Positions 1 to 6,543 of a stretch of DNA of 8,554 nucleotides are shown here, piece after piece; positions within the stretch are counted from its first letter, which is position 1; every line of letters begins with the position of its first letter. The stretch lies in the NCBI GenBank assembly GCA_013378385.1, contig JACAFS010000043.1, positions 1 through 8,554 on the forward strand. Direction: 5' to 3'. This DNA is from Nitrososphaerota archaeon. GTDB taxonomy: Archaea; Thermoproteota; Nitrososphaeria; Nitrososphaerales; UBA57. The translations under genes were made by a program, and so were the position numbers. The notes beneath the pieces were generated by a model, which was not told where the DNA came from, made no database searches, and saw nothing but the letters and a program-made list of their open reading frames with translations.

Positions 1-65
1 CGAAGATAAAACCTGCAGGTAGAAAATCAACAAATTCCCAGAGAAGATTAAGTTCAGATACCATA

Positions 66-1268
66 TCAAAGACCTAATCCCAGTAACTCCTTAGCAATAA
101 TCATACGTTGAATGTCATTTGTTCCTTCGTAAATCTCAGCAATAAATGAATCCCTAAAACCGCGTTCAATTTCAGAACCATCAGCAATACCAGCTAATCC
201 CTGTATTTCTATAGCAGTGGTAATCGCACGAGATGCAACTTCAGAGACATATGCCTTAGATATTGCAGAACCACGAGACACTCGATCGCGTAATTGCCGA
301 GGAACTTTTTCTTTAGACTCGATAACTTCATAATATTTTTCTAATTCAGTTAGATTGTTATAACACATAAATTTCGATGCATAGACTTCCATAGCTACAT
401 CGGCTAATTTCCACTGTATAGATTGACGATTTGATAGATTGCCTCCCTCGCTTTGATTTTGTCGAAGATAATCGACAGATAAGTCAAGAGCGCGTTGAGC
501 TGCGCCCAAAGAACCAACAGCTAATGTAACACGACCGCCGTCAAGTGTTGAAAGTGCAACCATAAAACCCGCTCCTATATCACCAAGAATATTTTCTTTT
601 GGTACTCTACAGTTTTCAAATATTAATTCGACTGTGGATGAGGCTCTCAATCCGAGCTTTTTCTCCTTTTTTCCTACAGAGAAACCATTCATATTTTTTT
701 CTATAATGAAGGCAGTAATTCCTCCCATTGGTCCAAGTGACTTGTCATTAGCTGCAAAAACTATGATATATTCCGCTTGATCTCCATTAGTACAAAAGAT
801 TTTACTGCCATTAAGAATAAAATCGTCTCCGTCAGGAGTAGCGGTGGTTTGGAGATTTGCTGCGTCACTACCTGCGCCGGGTTCGGTTAATGCAAATGCG
901 CCTATTGATTTACCAGATGCAAGAGAGGGTAAAAATTTATTTTTTTGTTCTTCTGTACCAAAGAGAATTATCGGAGTTATACACAAACCAAGATGTGCTC
1001 CAAGTATTGTTCCATGTGATGCACAAATAGCTCCTAGCTCTTCAAGAAGAATTCCATAGTTGATTTTCGATAATCCTTTTCCTCCATATTTTTCTGGAAC
1101 TGTCAAACCGAAATATCCCTGTTCAGCCATTTTTGATACGTTTTCAGATGGAAATTCCTCTAATTTGTCGTATTTACTTATAGTTGGTAATATTTCGCCA
1201 TGAATAAAGTCGCGTACGTCACGACGGAATTTCTCTTGTTCGTCGGTAAAGGAGAATTCAAACGGCAT
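66..1268 (-). CDS. Acyl-CoA dehydrogenase (FAD-dependent), canonical catalytic paralog
   Basis: 400-aa ORF with ATG at 1268-1266 and TGA at 68-66. It carries ACAD signature 1 (ALTEPGAGSDA), an FAD-contact FCTNG segment, and a C-terminal IYEGTNDIQRMIIAKELLG. The catalytic-base Glu (codon 126-128) sits at the position of Glu376 in medium-chain ACAD. An extra segment of about 20 aa (ELEKYYEVIESKEKVPRQLRDRVSRG) is present relative to textbook ACADs as I remember them. Confidence 0.9.
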   Translation of the reverse strand: MPFEFSFTDEQEKFRRDVRDFIHGEILPTISKYDKLEEFPSENVSKMAEQGYFGLTVPEKYGGKGLSKINYGILLEELGAICASHGTILGAHLGLCITPIILFGTEEQKNKFLPSLASGKSIGAFALTEPGAGSDAANLQTTATPDGDDFILNGSKIFCTNGDQAEYIIVFAANDKSLGPMGGITAFIIEKNMNGFSVGKKEKKLGLRASSTVELIFENCRVPKENILGDIGAGFMVALSTLDGGRVTLAVGSLGAAQRALDLSVDYLRQNQSEGGNLSNRQSIQWKLADVAMEVYASKFMCYNNLTELEKYYEVIESKEKVPRQLRDRVSRGSAISKAYVSEVASRAITTAIEIQGLAGIADGSEIERGFRDSFIAEIYEGTNDIQRMIIAKELLGLGL

Positions 1269-1324
1269 TAACAGTCACTGCAAGTCTAATTAGTTTAAGC
1301 GTATCGCATGAAATTTGATGAAGG

Positions 1325-2455
1325 CTAATTAATGAATGGCTTTGAGACGATTAATCTTAGATCGTCATTAGAGTCACATATAGATTTTAATGTTTCTGCA
1401 TCTCGAACAGTTTTTTCAATTGGATAATCCTTGATATAGCCATATCCGCCATGCACTAATAATGCCTGTTTTGTATTACGTTGAGCCATTTCAGTTGTAG
1501 AAATTTTTGTCATAGCAGATTGTCGTAAGATATCTTCACCTTTATCTTTCAATCGAGAAACTTTTTCCAGCATAGCAAGAGAAGTTTCAATGTCAGTGGA
1601 TATGTTGGCAAGTTTACTTTGTATTGCTTCAAAGCTGCTAATTGGTTTTGAGAATTGTTTGCGTTCATTTGAATATTTTACGGCTTGAGAAAGTGCAGAT
1701 TCCATCACTCCGGTACTTATTGCACTAATACCTAACCAAGAACTTTCTTGGATTGAATTAATGATTTTATGTGTATTCTCGGGTAAGCCAATAAGATTAG
1801 TTTTTGGTACATTACAACTATAAAATGATACTGGAACTGATTTGTTTCCACGTAGGCCTACGGTGTTGATTGGTTTGCCAATAGAGACGCCTTGATTACC
1901 TTTTTCAATTACAACAAAACCAAGTTCTTTTCCAATATTACAAAGTACGATAAAATAATCAGCTATTTCTCCATTGAAAGCGAATTTTTTATTACCGCTG
2001 ATTGACAGGCTATCGCCTTCGTCCATAGCCTCAGTATTGAGATTTCGTATATTCAATGTGCTTCCGTCATCACCAATTAATGCGGTGCCAAGTTTTTTGC
2101 CAGTATTGAGATTATTCAACATGCCTTCTTTTTGTTCGTTAGAACCATACTTTGTGAGTAATTGAACTGAGAAAACATTCTGAAACATTAAGAGAGCAGA
2201 CAATGCGGGGGAATATTTTGCAAGTTCTAACATAGCATGTATAAAAGTAGAGAAATTGGTTTCTGCTCCATCGAATTCACTGGAACCTAACATTCCATAA
2301 AGACCTAACTCAGAAACTTTTTCTAATATTGAACTAGGTATTTCAGAATTTAGTTCTATGTCAGAAGTAATTGGATTAATTTCATTTTCTCCAAAGTCTT
2401 TTATTACATCCTTAATCATATCGATTTCTTCGTTTGAAGATGTCAAATTATTCAT
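1325..2455 (-). CDS. Acyl-CoA dehydrogenase-family protein, divergent paralog with degenerate FAD-contact and catalytic-base motifs
   Basis: 376-aa ORF with ATG at 2455-2453 and TAG at 1327-1325. It aligns by eye along its whole length with the downstream ACAD, for example HGGYGYIKDYPIEKTVRDAE against the GGxGYxxxxPxERxxRD consensus. Three key positions differ. ALTEPGAGSD becomes ALIGDDGSTL. The FAD-contact xTNG becomes AFNG. IYEGT becomes ICDSN (nt 1367-1381), so the Glu base is replaced by Asp (codon 1373-1375). Confidence 0.8.
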   Translation of the reverse strand: MNNLTSSNEEIDMIKDVIKDFGENEINPITSDIELNSEIPSSILEKVSELGLYGMLGSSEFDGAETNFSTFIHAMLELAKYSPALSALLMFQNVFSVQLLTKYGSNEQKEGMLNNLNTGKKLGTALIGDDGSTLNIRNLNTEAMDEGDSLSISGNKKFAFNGEIADYFIVLCNIGKELGFVVIEKGNQGVSIGKPINTVGLRGNKSVPVSFYSCNVPKTNLIGLPENTHKIINSIQESSWLGISAISTGVMESALSQAVKYSNERKQFSKPISSFEAIQSKLANISTDIETSLAMLEKVSRLKDKGEDILRQSAMTKISTTEMAQRNTKQALLVHGGYGYIKDYPIEKTVRDAETLKSICDSNDDLRLIVSKPFIN

Positions 2456-2520
2456 ATTGTATATTCATAGCATAATAATCTTATCCAAGTAAACATTTTA
2501 TTAGTACGAGATAAAAACAC
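2456..2520. promoter_or_regulatory. Divergent promoter region between the ACAD pair (-) and the rhomboid gene (+)
   Basis: This is a 65-nt AT-rich spacer between divergently oriented starts. ATTTTATTA (2495-2503) lies about 22-34 nt upstream of the rhomboid candidate starts. The complement of 2471-2480 (GATTATTATG) lies about 20-25 nt upstream of the ACAD ATG at 2455. The call rests on position alone. Confidence 0.3.
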
Positions 2521-3117
2521 GTGAATGAAAAAATGCGAATACCAGGTACATACATTCTATTAGGAATAAATTTTCTATTTTTTATAATTCTCAACATGAT
2601 ACTAGGGAGCACAGTATGTGGCGACATACCATGGAGAATGTTTTGTATAAAGAGCGATTACTTGTTTCAATTTGCGCAAGTAAACCAGCTTATATTTGCA
2701 GGTGAAAATCTCTATCAATTAATTACAAAGATGTTTGTTCATATTGCTATTCTGCATTTCTTATTAAATATGATTAGCTTATGGTTTTATGGAATAAGAT
2801 TAGAAAAAAGTTCAAGTGGATTATTTGTAATTTTAGTATTTTTGATAACAGGTATTTCGACGAGTATAACAAATTTATTTCTAGGAACAATTGTTTCTGC
2901 GGGAGCGTCAGGAGCAATTTTTGGAATAGTTACCACATTTACAGTTCTTAATTGGAATAAGAAGAATACAAAAATATTATTTTTAGCTTTCATAATTTTC
3001 ATACATTCGCCAGCAATACTTGGGTCTAGTATAAACTATCTTTCGCATTTTACTGGATTAGCATGTGGGGCAATACTTGGAATATTAAAAATGCAATCAA
3101 TAGACAAAAATAAGTAA
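2521..3117 (+). CDS. Rhomboid-family intramembrane serine protease
   Basis: A polytopic hydrophobic protein with about six predicted TM segments. It has the TM2 HxxxN motif (HFLLNM), the TM4 catalytic GASGAIFG (Ser codon 2908-2910) and the TM6 catalytic His in SHFTGLACGAILG (codon 3046-3048). The track start is GTG at 2521. ATG at 2533 (MRIPGTY...) is an equally plausible start. Confidence 0.85.
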   Translation: MNEKMRIPGTYILLGINFLFFIILNMILGSTVCGDIPWRMFCIKSDYLFQFAQVNQLIFAGENLYQLITKMFVHIAILHFLLNMISLWFYGIRLEKSSSGLFVILVFLITGISTSITNLFLGTIVSAGASGAIFGIVTTFTVLNWNKKNTKILFLAFIIFIHSPAILGSSINYLSHFTGLACGAILGILKMQSIDKNK

Positions 3118-3120
3118 TTA

Positions 3121-3130
3121 CTTTTTATTC
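3121..3130 (+). promoter_or_regulatory. TATA-like box (CTTTTTATTC) for the thiolase operon, consistent with a leaderless or very short-leader mRNA
   Basis: This AT-rich box is centred about 25 nt upstream of ATG 3151. No Shine-Dalgarno-like element is obvious upstream of that start. The same T5 run could also terminate the upstream rhomboid transcript. The call rests on position alone. Confidence 0.3.
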
Positions 3131-3150
3131 TGCAAGATCGGGTATAAATT

Positions 3151-4308
3151 ATGAACAAAGTATTCCTGATAGGCGCAGCAGGAACAGCATATGGAAAGTC
3201 AAATTTGACGGCTAGAGATTTATCAATGCTTGCTTCAAAACATGCAATAGAAAACGCGGGAATTAAACCGCAAGACATTCAAGCGTCATTTGTTGCAAAC
3301 GCATTCGGTATGGCAGAAAAACAGGGGCATCTAGGTCCGTTGTTAATGAGTAGTTTAGGAATTCCTCATGCTCCATCTTCTACAATAGAAGCTGCTTGTT
3401 GCAGTGGAGGATCAGCTTTCAGGGAAGCTTATGTCAATGTTGCTTCGGGTTTCTATGATGTCATGTTAATCACGGGAACAGAAAAAGTAAGTCATTTAGA
3501 CACTTTGACTGCTACGACATATTTCGCATATGGTGGGGATTATTTATTTGAAGGATGTTCAGGTGCGTCTTTTCCAGGACTTTATGCTGCAATGGCCAGA
3601 GCTCATATGCATGAATATGGCACGACAGAAGAAGAATTGGCCGCAGTTGCAGTAAAAAATCACAATAATGGAATGTTTAATGAGAAAGCACATCTTCAGA
3701 AGAAAATCACAGTTGATGATGTGTTAAAATCTCCAGTCGTAGCTGATCCATTGAAATTATTTGACGCTTGCCCGTTTTCTGATGGTGCAGCGGCTGCAAT
3801 TATTGCAAGTGAAGAATTTATGAATAGAAATGGATTAGAAAAAAAGATTTCGATAAAAGGTTCTGGCAGATCTGGTGGATCTGGTTCATTGCATACCAGG
3901 GAGGACATGTCGAGTCTAGAATCGACAATTAGAGCGTCTAGAGAGGCACTAGGACAAGCAGGCATCAGTGTAAAAGATCTTGATTTCGCAGAAGTACATG
4001 ATTGTTTTACCATAGCAGAAATAATTGCCATGGAGGATTTGGGAATATTTGAGAAAGGACAAGCAAGCAAGGCTGTTGTTGAAGGAAGAACGGCGATAAA
4101 TGGAGAAATTCCTATAAACCCTTCAGGCGGTCTAAAATCAAAGGGTCATCCTGTTGGAGCAACGGGAGTAGGTCAAATTGTGGAGGTTTTCGATCAGTTG
4201 ACAGGAAACTCTGGCAAGCGTCAAGTAAATGACGCAAGGATTGGACTTACACATAATGTTGGTGCAACTGGTGGAAGTTGTGCAGTGCATATTTTTGAGA
4301 GGGAATAA
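3151..4308 (+). CDS. Thiolase, SCP2-type/archaeal acetyl-CoA C-acyltransferase (3-ketoacyl-CoA thiolase)
   Basis: 385-aa ORF starting at ATG 3151. Thiolase catalytic loops are present. The CxS nucleophile loop is EAACCSGG (Cys83, codon 3397-3399). HDCF (3997-4008) replaces the NEAF loop, which is the SCP2-thiolase fingerprint. GHP lies in KSKGHPVGATG (4144-4152). The stop TAA at 4306-4308 is 1 nt before the DUF35 start. Confidence 0.9.
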   Translation: MNKVFLIGAAGTAYGKSNLTARDLSMLASKHAIENAGIKPQDIQASFVANAFGMAEKQGHLGPLLMSSLGIPHAPSSTIEAACCSGGSAFREAYVNVASGFYDVMLITGTEKVSHLDTLTATTYFAYGGDYLFEGCSGASFPGLYAAMARAHMHEYGTTEEELAAVAVKNHNNGMFNEKAHLQKKITVDDVLKSPVVADPLKLFDACPFSDGAAAAIIASEEFMNRNGLEKKISIKGSGRSGGSGSLHTREDMSSLESTIRASREALGQAGISVKDLDFAEVHDCFTIAEIIAMEDLGIFEKGQASKAVVEGRTAINGEIPINPSGGLKSKGHPVGATGVGQIVEVFDQLTGNSGKRQVNDARIGLTHNVGATGGSCAVHIFERE

Positions 4309-4309
4309 C

Positions 4310-4690
4310 ATGTCAGATGAAGCATTGTTTGTGAATGATATAATTGAAGCTACGAGAGATGGAATAATCAAAGCTTATCAATGCACTGAATGTAATGAGA
4401 TGGGAGTATCAGTACAAGCATTATGCAAACAGTGTGGTAATAATAAATTAAATATAAAAGAGATTAGTAATGTTGGGAAAGTTGTAACTTATACTATTCA
4501 AACAGTTGCACCTGACCCTTTTGTAAATGAAGTTCCTTATGCATGGGTAATTGTAGAATTAGAAGATAAGATCAGAATAACTGGATGGATACCATTTATT
4601 TCGTCAAAAGAACAATTATCTATAGGACAGAAGGTAAAACTTGTCAAATCTTACAAACCTGGAATGGTTTTTGAGAAACTATCTGAATAA
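4310..4690 (+). CDS. DUF35-family protein (rubredoxin-like zinc ribbon plus OB-fold), thiolase partner/scaffold
   Basis: 126 aa counted from ATG 4310. The 27 codons upstream in the track (4229-4309) overlap the thiolase C-terminus out of frame and are discounted. It has a CX2C-X10-CX2C zinc ribbon, CTECNEMGVSVQALCKQCG (4382-4435). This is followed by a beta-rich OB-like segment (GKVVTYTIQ...YAWVIVELEDKIRITGWI...GQKVKLV). Adjacency to a thiolase gene is typical for DUF35. Confidence 0.85.
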   Translation: MSDEALFVNDIIEATRDGIIKAYQCTECNEMGVSVQALCKQCGNNKLNIKEISNVGKVVTYTIQTVAPDPFVNEVPYAWVIVELEDKIRITGWIPFISSKEQLSIGQKVKLVKSYKPGMVFEKLSE

Positions 4691-4723
4691 GAGTTAAATC
4701 GAATACAATATGAGTTGATTATA

Positions 4724-5698
4724 ATGGTATTATTTGTAAAACGTGTGGGTGTAGTAGGCGGAGGAGCAATGGGCAGTCAGATAGCAGACATCATGGCGAT
4801 CAATGGTAAAGAAGTAATTATAAAAGATGTATCTGAAGAGTACCTGAAAAAAGCACGAGAAAATGTAGAAAAGAACTTGGATAGTTTATTGGAATTTAAT
4901 TTAACTCGTGCCGATAAGGAGATTGAAAGAATTGAAAAGTCTAATCAGATACAATTAACTGATGAGCAGAAATCAAAGATACAGGAGACGTTAAAACCAA
5001 AATTCAATGAAGATATGAAGAAAGAGGCGATGGATAAGATACAAACTACCACTGATTATAAAGAATTTAATGATGTAGATCTAGTAATTGAGGCCGTATT
5101 AGAAAATGTAGATTTGAAGAGAGAAATTTTCAGTGAATTAGATAAAACTACGCCTTCACATGTAGTTCTGGCTACAAATACTTCGTCATTGTCGGTTACA
5201 GAGATTGCATCGGCAACAAAGAGACCAGAGAAAGTAGTTGGAGTTCATTTTTTCAATCCTCCTGTGACATTGCCGTTAGTAGAGGTAATACCTGGTATGG
5301 AAACGAGCGAAGAGACAGTAAACGATATGATAGATTTCATGTCCACAGTGAGGAATCACAGGTATCCGATGCAACCGATAAAAGTGAAAGAAGTCCCTGG
5401 ATTTCTTGTTAACAGAATTCTGTTTGCAATGATGAATGAAGCATACTCTTGTTATGACGAAGGAGTAGCTTCAATGAGAGATATAGACTTGGCAATGAAA
5501 GCAGGAGCTGGTATGCCGATGGGTCCGTTTGAATTATCAGATTTAGTTGGAATAGATGTGATTTATCATGTGGAAGAAGAAGTAAGAAGGATGATAGGTG
5601 GAAATACTACACGTCAACCATCACAAACGATAAGAAAGCTTTATCATGCGGGACGTTATGGTAAGAAAACTAAGAGAGGATTCTACGATTATAGGTGA
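4724..5698 (+). CDS. 3-hydroxyacyl-CoA (3-hydroxybutyryl-CoA) dehydrogenase, NAD-dependent
   Basis: It has a Rossmann GVVGGGAMGSQIA motif near the N-terminus. NTSSLSVTEIASATKRPEKVVGVHFFNPP carries the catalytic Ser and His. PGFLVNRIL carries the Asn. The C-terminus is GKKTKRGFYDY. The similarity to clostridial Hbd, as I recall it, is very close. I prefer ATG 4724 over the track TTG at 4715. The stop is TGA at 5696-5698. Confidence 0.9.
   Translation: MVLFVKRVGVVGGGAMGSQIADIMAINGKEVIIKDVSEEYLKKARENVEKNLDSLLEFNLTRADKEIERIEKSNQIQLTDEQKSKIQETLKPKFNEDMKKEAMDKIQTTTDYKEFNDVDLVIEAVLENVDLKREIFSELDKTTPSHVVLATNTSSLSVTEIASATKRPEKVVGVHFFNPPVTLPLVEVIPGMETSEETVNDMIDFMSTVRNHRYPMQPIKVKEVPGFLVNRILFAMMNEAYSCYDEGVASMRDIDLAMKAGAGMPMGPFELSDLVGIDVIYHVEEEVRRMIGGNTTRQPSQTIRKLYHAGRYGKKTKRGFYDYR
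5694..5698 (+). promoter_or_regulatory. Shine-Dalgarno-like GGTGA for the enoyl-CoA hydratase gene, overlapping the HADH stop codon
   Basis: GGTGA lies 4 nt upstream of ATG 5703. It is complementary to the conserved UCACC near the 16S rRNA 3' end. Its TGA is the HADH stop codon, which implies translational coupling. Confidence 0.45.
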
Positions 5699-5702
5699 TT
5701 AT

Positions 5703-6494
5703 ATGTCAGAAAATGAATTAGTTAAAATAAGAATAGAAGACGGAATTGGAATTGTTACAGTTGACAACCCACCAGTAAATGCGTTGAATTTAGCAGTGTT
5801 AGAAAAATTAGACAATGTAATCGATGATGTGTCAGACAATAATGAAATAATTGGAATTGTATTAACGGGAGGAGGAAATAATGCATTTTGTGCAGGTGCA
5901 GATATAAAATCATTTGCGCAGTTGACCGATCCAAATGATGTGTTAGCAGTAATTGAATTGGGGCAAAAAGTTTTCAAGAAGTTAGCAAACATCAGCAAAC
6001 CAGTTGTTGCAGCAATTAACGGTGCAGCATACGGCGGAGGAAATGAATTAGCTCTTGCTTGTGATATTAGAATATCTTCTGATAGAGCGAGGTTCTCTCA
6101 ACCAGAAGTCAACTTAGGATTAATACCTGCTTGGGGCGGAACGCAAAGACTGAGTAGATTAGTGGGTGTATCAAAAGCAAAGGAACTAATATTTACAGGT
6201 CAATTTGTTACTGCTCAAGAGGCATATAGAATTGGAATGGTAAACAAAGTAGTTCCAGATGGAGAAGAATTACGTGCAGCTTCAGATATAGTTAGACAGA
6301 TTGCATCAAGGGCAGCGCCATTAGCCATCAAAGCTGTAAAAGAGATAATCAATACAGGAAATGAGGAAAAGACACTGGAAGATGGGTTAGATTTAGAGGT
6401 AGAAGCGATGAAAGAATTGGTAAAAACAGAGGATATTCAGGAAGGTATAAAGTCTTTTACGGAAAAAAGACAGCCAAAATATCAAGGAAAGTAA
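5703..6494 (+). CDS. Enoyl-CoA hydratase (crotonase family)
   Basis: 263 aa counted from ATG 5703. The track start at 5646 overlaps the HADH gene out of frame and is discounted. The oxyanion-hole segment is NAFCAGADIKSF. Both catalytic Glu residues are present: GGGNELALACD (codon 6045-6047) and FSQPEVNLGLIPAWGGTQRL (codon 6105-6107). The C-terminus EGIKSFTEKRQPKYQGK is typical of the family. GGTGA lies 4 nt upstream of the ATG. Confidence 0.9.
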   Translation: MSENELVKIRIEDGIGIVTVDNPPVNALNLAVLEKLDNVIDDVSDNNEIIGIVLTGGGNNAFCAGADIKSFAQLTDPNDVLAVIELGQKVFKKLANISKPVVAAINGAAYGGGNELALACDIRISSDRARFSQPEVNLGLIPAWGGTQRLSRLVGVSKAKELIFTGQFVTAQEAYRIGMVNKVVPDGEELRAASDIVRQIASRAAPLAIKAVKEIINTGNEEKTLEDGLDLEVEAMKELVKTEDIQEGIKSFTEKRQPKYQGK

Positions 6495-6503
6495 GATATT
6501 CAC

Positions 6504-6529
6504 AATTCTTAAATTTGTAGAATTTTTAT
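6504..6529 (+). terminator. Weak hairpin plus T-run downstream of the enoyl-CoA hydratase gene
   Basis: AATTCT (6504-6509) and AGAATT (6519-6524) form a 6-bp inverted repeat with a 9-nt loop that runs into TTTTTATT. The stem is AT-rich and weak. Oligo-T alone is the usual archaeal termination signal. The same region could act as a TATA box for the small gene at 6544. Confidence 0.25.
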
Positions 6530-6543
6530 TACTAGTGATTAAG

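Noticed and set aside
1-77. A possible C-terminal fragment of a plus-strand gene entering from the left edge. Frame 3 is open to the TAA at 75-77.
   Set aside because: Only about 24 codons are visible, with no recognisable motif, and it would overlap the ACAD 3' end. The evidence is insufficient to call a feature.
844-1059. A 71-aa plus-strand ORF antisense to the first ACAD gene. The same reasoning covers the similar shadow ORFs at 1974-2165 (+), 2787-3002 (-), 3696-4070 (-), 4138-4371 (-), 5699-5998 (-), 6963-7151 (+) and 7624-7830 (+).
   Set aside because: Each lies entirely inside a well-supported gene on the opposite strand. None has a recognisable motif, and their compositions are typical of antisense frames. 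They are most likely shadow ORFs.
3036-3278. An 80-aa minus-strand ORF that bridges the rhomboid 3' end, the intergenic spacer and the thiolase 5' end.
   Set aside because: It overlaps two strongly supported plus-strand genes and has no motifs. The spacer is better explained as a terminator/promoter region.
4229-4309. A 27-codon N-terminal extension of the DUF35 ORF, as listed in the track.
   Set aside because: It overlaps the conserved thiolase C-terminus out of frame. ATG 4310, 1 nt after the thiolase stop, gives a normal-length DUF35 protein.
5646-5702. The ECH frame stays open 57 nt upstream into the HADH gene. This could indicate a frameshifted HADH-ECH fusion gene or a programmed +1 frameshift at AGG-TGA.
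   Set aside because: HADH ends at its natural family C-terminus (GFYDY). ECH begins at a natural crotonase N-terminus, with a GGTGA ribosome-binding site and an ATG. I see no slippery sequence. Two coupled genes is the simpler reading.
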